Part shown: piece after piece, positions 9,576 through 17,088 of the stretch | Position numbering within the stretch: position 1 is the stretch's first letter | Layout: every line of letters starts with the position of its first letter | Source of the DNA: Candidatus Komeilibacteria bacterium | GTDB lineage: Bacteria > Patescibacteriota > Patescibacteriia > UBA1558 > GWA2-36-10 | Direction of reading: 5' to 3' | NCBI GenBank assembly: GCA_018656065.1 | Contig: JABHZY010000017.1 | Coordinates: 20,873-84,872 of the forward strand | Length of the DNA stretch: 64,000 nucleotides | Notes under the pieces: generated by a model | What the model was told of the DNA's origin: nothing | The model's input: the letters and a program-made list of their open reading frames with translations, nothing else | The model's database searches: none | Program-made: the position numbers and the translations under genes

Positions 9576-10958
9576 ATGCTTGTCAAAAAAAGGATAAAAA
9601 TATTTACACTACTTATGCTAATGATATTTGTTATTAGCTCAGGTTTTGGTTGTAAATGGAATCCTTTTAAAAAAGATCCAGCTTCTTATGATAAAGTTAC
9701 TCTAGAATATTGGGGAGTTTGGGATACGCCCGGGCAGTTAAAGGCTTTAATGGCTGATTATAATACTAGTCATCCTACTATAAAAGTTAAATATAAAAAT
9801 TTTAGATATGATGAGTATGAAAGGAAGTTATTAGAAGCCTGGGCTGATGATAGGGGGCCAGATATTTTTGCCATACCTTCGACTTGGCTTAAAAGCTACC
9901 AGCATAGGATAGAACCAATGCCTAAAACTCATAAAATTCCAGTATATGAATTACAAGGCAGTATTAAAGAAGAGCTAGTTATAGTTTTGAAAAGCTTTAA
10001 GGGTTTATCCCCACAAGACGTAAAAAACCAATATGTGACAGTAGTCTATGAGGATGTGATTTTAGATGGTAAGGTTTATGCTTTGCCATATTATCTTGAT
10101 ACTTTAGCAACATTTTATAATATTGACTTACTTACTCAAGCTGGTATTCCAGAGCCAATGGATGATTTTTTTGACCTAGTTGAACAAGTTCCAAAACTTA
10201 CTAAAGCCACTGATAGTAATAGGATAATCCAATCAGCTGTAGCTTTAGGAGGTACAGATAATATACCAAGATTTTTTGATATATTTTCTAGCATTATGTT
10301 ACAAAATGGTGTAAAGGCAGATGGTAAAAGATTTAAGCCTATGGAAGATAAGGAGTCTGCTACTAGGTTAGTACAAGCTTTTAATTTTTATACTGATTTT
10401 GCTAGACCAGGTAAGGCTAGTTATAGTTGGAATGCTGAGGCAGAAGATGCTTTAGAGATGTTTGCCGGTGGTAGATTGGCTTATATGTTTGGCTATAGTT
10501 ATCACGCTGATCAACTGAGAGATAGGAATTTACAATTTGATTGGGATATAAAAAATTTCCCACAAACTAGGGGTGCTAGCGGAACTAAATATTACGCAGA
10601 TTACTGGGTGAATGTAGTATCTAAAAAATCAGACAGCGTTGACGCAGCTTGGAATTTTATTCAAAGCACGGCTGCTGCTGATAAAGTTAATATATATCTA
10701 AAAGCTAATAAAAGACCAACGGCTCTCAGATCATTAATTGATAAGCAACTTAATGATTATGAACTAGCTACCTTTGCTTCTCAAGTTTTGACAGCTGATA
10801 ATTGGTATAACGGTTATAATATTTCCTTAGCTGAAAAATTTACAGCTGAGATAATCGATGGTCTTGTATCTGGCGAGTTGATAATGGACAAAGAAGCTAC
10901 GCCGATCAATTTATTTGTTAATAAAATTAATCAAACTTATGTACCGCCTAATAACTAA
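9576..10958 (+). CDS. Extracellular solute-binding lipoprotein (ABC sugar-binding family), orphan
   Basis: Signal peptide ending in the lipobox-like SSGFGC, with SBP_bac_1-like length and composition. No permease or ATPase gene is adjacent. Confidence 0.7.
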   Translation: MLVKKRIKIFTLLMLMIFVISSGFGCKWNPFKKDPASYDKVTLEYWGVWDTPGQLKALMADYNTSHPTIKVKYKNFRYDEYERKLLEAWADDRGPDIFAIPSTWLKSYQHRIEPMPKTHKIPVYELQGSIKEELVIVLKSFKGLSPQDVKNQYVTVVYEDVILDGKVYALPYYLDTLATFYNIDLLTQAGIPEPMDDFFDLVEQVPKLTKATDSNRIIQSAVALGGTDNIPRFFDIFSSIMLQNGVKADGKRFKPMEDKESATRLVQAFNFYTDFARPGKASYSWNAEAEDALEMFAGGRLAYMFGYSYHADQLRDRNLQFDWDIKNFPQTRGASGTKYYADYWVNVVSKKSDSVDAAWNFIQSTAAADKVNIYLKANKRPTALRSLIDKQLNDYELATFASQVLTADNWYNGYNISLAEKFTAEIIDGLVSGELIMDKEATPINLFVNKINQTYVPPNN

Positions 10959-11580
10959 AATTTTATTTGTTGCTTTTTTATTTATCCTACTTCCTCAGAT
11001 AGCGCAGGCAGGATTTATGGATGATATAGCATATTGCACAGCTAATGGATCTTGTAATTTTGAAGATGCAGCAGCCGGCCTTAATTCACTTATTAAATTA
11101 TTATTAGGCATGATGGGCGCTGTGGCTTTATTATTTTTTGTATGGGGCGGTTTACAGTGGCTTACATCTGGCGGTAGTGCAGAGAGAGTAAATAGAGGTA
11201 AGCAAATAATGATAAATACAGTTTTTGCTATTATTTTAGCTTTTGGTTCTTACATATTAGTAAGTTTTTTCGTCAACGATGTTTTAAATGTTGAAGATAA
11301 TTTTCAAATCCAAGAAGGCCCATTTACGGGCTGTAATGAAATGCCAATTTTTACAGATTGCGGAGACAACAAGCAATGCGGAGCAGGATTTCCAGCTCCT
11401 TGGGAACATTTAAATAATAGTTGTGTATATATTTGCGAGATTCATAGTGTGTTGCTTAGTGGAGGCACTAGAGGTGGGAAATGTGTAGGTGTGTTGTTAG
11501 AGGGGTCGGAAGTAGTTCCTGGCTGGGATAGTAGTTGGTGTCCAGCTACTCAAACTTGTGCTTATCCACCGCCAAATTAA
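10939..11580 (+). CDS. VirB2/TrbC-like (T4SS-pilin family) protein with a Cys-rich C-terminal extension
   Basis: Signal peptide (..PQIAQA), TM1, conserved loop WLTSGGSAERVNRGK, TM2, then about 100 aa containing 8 Cys. Start ATG 10939 is in frame within the ORF-track ORF. Confidence 0.75.
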   Translation: MYRLITKILFVAFLFILLPQIAQAGFMDDIAYCTANGSCNFEDAAAGLNSLIKLLLGMMGAVALLFFVWGGLQWLTSGGSAERVNRGKQIMINTVFAIILAFGSYILVSFFVNDVLNVEDNFQIQEGPFTGCNEMPIFTDCGDNKQCGAGFPAPWEHLNNSCVYICEIHSVLLSGGTRGGKCVGVLLEGSEVVPGWDSSWCPATQTCAYPPPN

Positions 11581-11605
11581 GCTTAATAAATTATTTTCAA
11601 ATATT

Positions 11606-11941
11606 ATGTTAAAAAAAATTATATTATTTATTCTCTTGTTTATTCCAAATATGTCTAAAGCTGCGGAAGATCACAGAGTGCCTTTGCCGAATCCAATAAA
11701 GGCAGACAATATACAAGAATTGTCAGGATATATGATTAGGGGCTTATTGGGTGTTAGTGGTGCTATAGCTTTATTTATGCTAGTTTGGGGCGGCATAGTA
11801 TGGATGACCTCAAATGGTAATGCCGAGAGACTTAAAAAAGGGAAGGATACTATTTTATGGGCCATACTAGGTTTAATAATTATCTTTACAAGTTATATAA
11901 TTATTAATTTCCTATTTACTATTATTGGTGGAAATGCATAA
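11606..11941 (+). CDS. VirB2/TrbC-like (T4SS-pilin family) protein
   Basis: Signal peptide and two TM helices flanking WMTSNGNAERLKKGK. Start ATG 11606. Confidence 0.75.
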   Translation: MLKKIILFILLFIPNMSKAAEDHRVPLPNPIKADNIQELSGYMIRGLLGVSGAIALFMLVWGGIVWMTSNGNAERLKKGKDTILWAILGLIIIFTSYIIINFLFTIIGGNA

Positions 11942-11958
11942 TATCTGTGAATAAAAAA

Positions 11959-11987
11959 TTGTAAAATTATTATTTTTGTTCTATAAT
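11959..11987 (+). promoter_or_regulatory. Sigma70-like promoter for the third pilin gene
   Basis: TTGTAA (11959-11964), 17-nt spacer, TATAAT (11982-11987). It is followed by a strong SD AAGGGGG before ATG 12025. Confidence 0.45.
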
Positions 11988-12024
11988 TTAATTAAATTTA
12001 CTATATTTGAAAGGGGGTGAAAAA

Positions 12025-12384
12025 ATGAAAAAAATACTTATTTCTTTAATGGTTTTAGCACCTAGCATGGCTAGTGCTCAAACTAATCTTGACAGTTGGG
12101 GATATAATGATTTCTCTGAGAGTAATATCGCTTTAGGCTCAAAGGATCTTAAAGAAACAATTGGTGGTGTTATTAACATTATCTTAGGTTTCTTAGGAAT
12201 TTTAACAACTTTGATTATTTTAATGGGTGGTTTCAAATGGATGACTTCTCAAGGTAATACTGAAAAAGTTGACGAAGCTAAAAAGCTTATCGGTGCTGGT
12301 ATCGTCGGTTTAGTAATCATATTAACAGCTTACGCTGTATCTAGATTCGTATTAAGCGAATTATATGCACAAACTGTTGAATAA
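12025..12384 (+). CDS. VirB2/TrbC-like (T4SS-pilin family) protein, likely the major subunit
   Basis: Signal peptide (..SMASAQ) and two TM helices flanking WMTSQGNTEKVDEAKK. It has its own promoter and the strongest SD in the array. Confidence 0.8.
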   Translation: MKKILISLMVLAPSMASAQTNLDSWGYNDFSESNIALGSKDLKETIGGVINIILGFLGILTTLIILMGGFKWMTSQGNTEKVDEAKKLIGAGIVGLVIILTAYAVSRFVLSELYAQTVE

Positions 12385-12481
12385 TCATTATGTAATGATT
12401 TAATTTATATATGTAGTCTAGACTATAGTAGGTTATACTAATAATAACCTACTAGAGCTTACACTATATGCCAAAAACAAA

Positions 12482-12856
12482 ATGAAATTTCAAAAATACA
12501 AATTAACTTTATTGTCATTATTATTTACTCCTCTAGCAGTTTTAGCAGCAGACATTGTTGGACAGGCAGAACTTCGAGAAGCTGCTACGATAGCTAAGTT
12601 TGGTATGGAAACAGACGTCTACGTAATTGCTACTAGATGGATTAATGGTTTTCTGTCTATATTTATGATGGTGTTTACTTATTTTGTAATCTCAGCCGGC
12701 TTTATGTGGATGACTTCTGGGGGGAATGTAGAAAAGGTATCAGCAGCCAAGGCCACTTTAAAAAATGCTTTAATTGGTTTGATAGTTGCTCTAACCGCTT
12801 ATTCTTTAGCTAGGTATGTAATGTTAGCCCTAGGTCAAACTACCGGCATTGCTTAA
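12482..12856 (+). CDS. VirB2/TrbC-like (T4SS-pilin family) protein
   Basis: Signal peptide (..LAVLAA) and two TM helices flanking WMTSGGNVEKVSAAK. Confidence 0.75.
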   Translation: MKFQKYKLTLLSLLFTPLAVLAADIVGQAELREAATIAKFGMETDVYVIATRWINGFLSIFMMVFTYFVISAGFMWMTSGGNVEKVSAAKATLKNALIGLIVALTAYSLARYVMLALGQTTGIA

Positions 12857-12869
12857 TAATTTTAATTTT

Positions 12870-12896
12870 AAAACCCCGTTAGGGGTTTTTTTATTT
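12870..12896 (+). terminator. Rho-independent terminator ending the pilin array
   Basis: AAACCCC GTTA GGGGTTT followed by a T-run. Confidence 0.8.
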
Positions 12897-12934
12897 TTGT
12901 TCAAATTAAAATATTATATGCTATAATTAATTGA

Positions 12935-14746
12935 ATGCTGAAAATTTTTAAAAAACATAGTAATAAAATACTTTGGATATCAATCTTTATCTATATTTTA
13001 TTATTTTCTTTTCTAAGTTTAAAAAAATATTATGCTTTTGGTTATAATGCTTTTGACTTAGCTATTTTTAATCAAGTCTTTTTTAATACTCTCGATGGCA
13101 GATGGTTTGAGATGACGATTAATCTTAATAGTTATTTGGCAGATCATTTTACGCCAATAATAATTTTATTATTGCCTGTATATAAATTATGGCCCAGAGC
13201 AGAGACTTTACTTATTCTACAGAGTATAGTATTGGGGTTATCAGCTTGGCCTCTTTATAAAATTAGCAGGCATGTAAAAAAGAATAGTTTATTTGCTTTA
13301 AGTATCGCCTTATTATGGCTAGTAAATCCTTTTGTTCATAATGCTAATGTTTTTGAATTTCATTTGTTGCCTTTAGCTGTGTTTTTCATTTTTTGGACTT
13401 TCTATTTTTACCAAAAGGATAGTTATAAGCTTTTTATATTATTTTTAGTACTTAGTTTATTAGTTAGAGAAGATATTGCTTTAATACTCGTTGGATTTTT
13501 TCCTTTGGCTTTTTTTGAAAAAAGAAATCTAAAATGGAAAATAATAAGTATTATATTACCAGTTGTTTATTTTCTTTTTAGTATTAGCCTGGTATCTTCT
13601 TTTTCGGGGGGAGCTTATAAATTCGTTATATATTATTCATGGTTAACTAATATCTTTAGTCAGCCTATTAGTGTTTTAGCTAAAATATTTTCTTTATCAA
13701 ATATTTTTAATTTTAGTTTTGTTTTTTTGCCATTATTGTTTATTCCTTTTTTGCGGGCTCGTTATTTATTTTTATCTTTACTGCCTTTACTACAATTTGT
13801 GTTATCTTCCACTGGTTTTTACTCGGTAATTTATAATAGTCATTATATTTTATTATTATTGCCAGGCATATTTATATCTTTTATTTTTGCTTTCTCTCGG
13901 ATAGATAAGCAAAAAATTATTTATAATAATAAAAACTTTTTTAATTTAATATTTTTATTTACAGTAATATATTTTTTAATATTTTCATCTCCTATTAAAA
14001 ACTTTTTTAATAATACCATTTCTAAAGACCATATTAAAGAGAAATTTATTACTTATATCGACAAGGGGGCTAGCTTAGTCACAGACTTATCCATAGCTTC
14101 ACAACTTAGCAATAGGCAAGAAATATACCCTCTACATTATACTTATTTTGCCAAAGGACAGTTTGGTAATAAGGACTTTAATTTACCGTCAGTGGATTAT
14201 ATTTTAATAGATTATAGTAATTTTTTTGATATTTTAGTGGATTTAGAATCTCGGCCAGAGCGCAGTATAGATAATCCAGCTAGTAACTTTAGAAATATAC
14301 TAGCCAATTATTATTTGGTAGAGGCTAGAAATAATATGTTTTTATTTAGTGCTCAAGCAGGGAAAAACAACTATCCTCTTTATGAACTAGGCCCTGAGTC
14401 TAGTGCTTCGGTCGGTGATAATTTAGTTGATGATTATAAATTAGAGAAAAAAGATAATTTAAATACTTTAAAAATAAATTTTAAAAAAACACACAGTGAT
14501 AATAAATATCTAGTGCGTTTTTATAAAGATGATTCTTACTTTGACTTACCCTTAGATTATGGCTTATGGCCAATGGATGAATGGCCAGAGGATTATCCAA
14601 TTAGTTTTTATTATTATTTATCTGACAATGTTAATTCTTGGCAAATATTTTCTTGGCAGGGTGATAATAAGTTAGGGTATATTAGAGAATTGGCGGTAGA
14701 TATGGATGTTTCTCCAATTACAAGTGTTATTTTATTGAATAATTAA
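12935..14746 (+). CDS. DUF2079-family polytopic membrane protein (copy 1)
   Basis: N-terminal YYAFGYNAFDLAIFNQVFFNT signature, many TM helices and a C-terminal soluble domain. It is a full-length paralog of 24394-26223. Confidence 0.75.
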   Translation: MLKIFKKHSNKILWISIFIYILLFSFLSLKKYYAFGYNAFDLAIFNQVFFNTLDGRWFEMTINLNSYLADHFTPIIILLLPVYKLWPRAETLLILQSIVLGLSAWPLYKISRHVKKNSLFALSIALLWLVNPFVHNANVFEFHLLPLAVFFIFWTFYFYQKDSYKLFILFLVLSLLVREDIALILVGFFPLAFFEKRNLKWKIISIILPVVYFLFSISLVSSFSGGAYKFVIYYSWLTNIFSQPISVLAKIFSLSNIFNFSFVFLPLLFIPFLRARYLFLSLLPLLQFVLSSTGFYSVIYNSHYILLLLPGIFISFIFAFSRIDKQKIIYNNKNFFNLIFLFTVIYFLIFSSPIKNFFNNTISKDHIKEKFITYIDKGASLVTDLSIASQLSNRQEIYPLHYTYFAKGQFGNKDFNLPSVDYILIDYSNFFDILVDLESRPERSIDNPASNFRNILANYYLVEARNNMFLFSAQAGKNNYPLYELGPESSASVGDNLVDDYKLEKKDNLNTLKINFKKTHSDNKYLVRFYKDDSYFDLPLDYGLWPMDEWPEDYPISFYYYLSDNVNSWQIFSWQGDNKLGYIRELAVDMDVSPITSVILLNN

Positions 14747-14810
14747 TAAAAAAGAGGTATCATAAATGTATTATATTTGGGTATAATATGGTAATTAACT
14801 TATTAATTTT

Positions 14811-15758
14811 ATGGATTTAAGTGTAGTCATTCCTTTGTACAACGAAGAAGAATCATTGAGGCCATTAAATAAAATTTTAAAAAATGTGCTCGGTAAGTTG
14901 AATGTTAAATATGAAATTTTATATATTGATGATGGTTCAAGAGATGAGTCAGTAAAAATTTTAAAAGAGATTTCTTCTAATGATAAGCATGTAAAAGTAA
15001 TAGAATTAAAAAGAAATTTTGGTAAATCAATTGCCTTAGCTGTTGGTTTTGATAAATTAGTGGGTGATTTAGTTATTACTATGGATGCTGATTTACAAGA
15101 TGATCCAGAGGAAATACCAAAATTGATCGAGCAAATAGAAAAGAATTACGACCTTGTATCTGGTTGGAAATACAAAAGAAAAGATCCTTTAGTTAAGATA
15201 TTGTCGTCTAAAATTTTTAATTTTACTGTATCTTTACTCTCAGGCTTAAAAATTCATGATTTTAATTGTGGCTTCAAGATTTATAGAAAAGAGGTAGTAA
15301 AAAGTATAGAACTTTACGGAGAATTACATAGATTTTTACCTTTTTTAGCTTATCAGCAAGGTTTTAAGGTGGGAGAGATAAAAGTAAAACACAATGTTCG
15401 TCAATTTGGAGAGTCAAAATATGGTCGTTCTGGTTTAAAAAGGTTAAGTAATTATATTTTAGATCCTATCAATGTGGTTTTTTTAACTAAATATCAAAGA
15501 AAGCCAGCTCATTTTTTTGGGAATATAGGGCTTATCTCTTTTGCGATTGGCTTACTAATATCAATATATTTGACCGTTATCTGGTTTATGGGGCAAGGTA
15601 TTGGAAATAGACCATTACTTTTTTTAGGAGTATTACTTATGATCATAGGTATACAATTAGTATCAATGGGGTTTTTAGGGGAGTTGATTGTCAGAGAAAA
15701 TATATCAAAAAGCAAAGATAAGTATGTCAAAAAACATGATAAAGAATTGGTGGAATAA
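14811..15758 (+). CDS. GT2 polyprenol-phosphate glycosyltransferase (DPM1/ArnC-like)
   Basis: Motifs VVIPLYNEEE and DADLQDDPEE (DxD), plus two C-terminal TM helices. Confidence 0.9.
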   Translation: MDLSVVIPLYNEEESLRPLNKILKNVLGKLNVKYEILYIDDGSRDESVKILKEISSNDKHVKVIELKRNFGKSIALAVGFDKLVGDLVITMDADLQDDPEEIPKLIEQIEKNYDLVSGWKYKRKDPLVKILSSKIFNFTVSLLSGLKIHDFNCGFKIYRKEVVKSIELYGELHRFLPFLAYQQGFKVGEIKVKHNVRQFGESKYGRSGLKRLSNYILDPINVVFLTKYQRKPAHFFGNIGLISFAIGLLISIYLTVIWFMGQGIGNRPLLFLGVLLMIIGIQLVSMGFLGELIVRENISKSKDKYVKKHDKELVE

Positions 15759-17088
15759 TATAAAAGAAGATAAGCATAAGCGCCGCGTAGTGTTGGCTTT
15801 TTTTCTTTTGGCTTTTTTTCTTATTTTATTTACGGAACCTTACTTTAATACTTATAATGTAATTTCTAGATATTTAACAATAGAATCTATAGTAGAAGAT
15901 GGGGATTTTATTATAGATGAAAGACATCAAGCTACGGGTGATAAAATTTATAGAGAGGGGCATTATTATTCTTCTAAGCCACCAATTTTGTCTGTTGCAG
16001 CCTCTTCAATTTATTATATTACTCATAATTTTTTTGGACAGGATTTTCCAGAAACTGGCATAAATACTAGATCTGAATATTTTCATTCTATATATCCTAC
16101 GGTGTATGTTGCTAATTTGATTTTTGTAGGTTTGCCATTTTTATTTTTACTTTTTTATTTTTATAAAACTCTCAAACTTTTTTATATTAAAAGTAGATAC
16201 CATTTACCTCTTATTTTAGGTTTGGGCTTAGGTAGTTTGTTATTTACTTACTCCGTGACTTTTAATAATCATGTTATAGCTGGTAGTTTGTTATTTATAG
16301 GGTTTTATTATTTATTATTAATAAAAAAATTCAATTATAAGTTTGATGACATAAATAAATATCTTTTTCTGTCAGGACTTTTTACCAGTTTATCAGCGGT
16401 GATTGATTTGCCTACGGGCCTTACTTTTTTTGCTTTATTTTTTGTTTATTTTTTTCTAAAACTTGGATTTAGAAAAATATTATATTATATAGGACCTGCC
16501 TTAATAATATTTTCTTTACATTTATATTTTAATTATCAAGCTTTTGGAGGTTTTCTACCAGCCCAAGCCTATGAGGATTATTGGATAGGGCCAGATGGCG
16601 AGCTTGTCTTGATACATTTTTTTAGAGATCATAGTTGGTATACATTATTGTTTAATATTTTTATTGGTACTAATGGTTTTTTTATTTATACTCCATTATT
16701 ATTACTACCTTTGTATAGTATTTATAAAATTATTAAAGAAAAATCAGAGTTTATTTGGGAAGCTTTAATGATAGTATTTGGATTTATAATTTTAATTCTT
16801 TTTTATATAAACCTTGCCAAAGACTATGGGGGTGGTGCATATGGCTATAGATGGTTTATAGCTATCACACCTTTATTTTACTTTTTTATTATATTTTTAT
16901 TCAAAAAAACGCTCAGTGCAAAAATGAGCACTGTTTTTACTATTTTACTTTTATGGTCATGTATAGTGGCTATTATAGGTGTTTTTGATCCTTGGCCTCA
17001 GAGTCTTAGGTTTGATATTTTTGGGACACTTTTTCCAGTTCCACCACTTTGGGTGGCCTTAGGTTTAGATTATTCTTTTTTATACTAA
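15724..17088 (+). CDS. GT-C fold membrane glycosyltransferase (ArnT/PMT_2-like)
   Basis: Polytopic, with a first-loop motif YREGHYYSSKPPIL resembling the KPPL loop of the ArnT/GT39-83 families. The start is uncertain (15724 or 15736). Confidence 0.6.
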   Translation: MSKNMIKNWWNNIKEDKHKRRVVLAFFLLAFFLILFTEPYFNTYNVISRYLTIESIVEDGDFIIDERHQATGDKIYREGHYYSSKPPILSVAASSIYYITHNFFGQDFPETGINTRSEYFHSIYPTVYVANLIFVGLPFLFLLFYFYKTLKLFYIKSRYHLPLILGLGLGSLLFTYSVTFNNHVIAGSLLFIGFYYLLLIKKFNYKFDDINKYLFLSGLFTSLSAVIDLPTGLTFFALFFVYFFLKLGFRKILYYIGPALIIFSLHLYFNYQAFGGFLPAQAYEDYWIGPDGELVLIHFFRDHSWYTLLFNIFIGTNGFFIYTPLLLLPLYSIYKIIKEKSEFIWEALMIVFGFIILILFYINLAKDYGGGAYGYRWFIAITPLFYFFIIFLFKKTLSAKMSTVFTILLLWSCIVAIIGVFDPWPQSLRFDIFGTLFPVPPLWVALGLDYSFLY

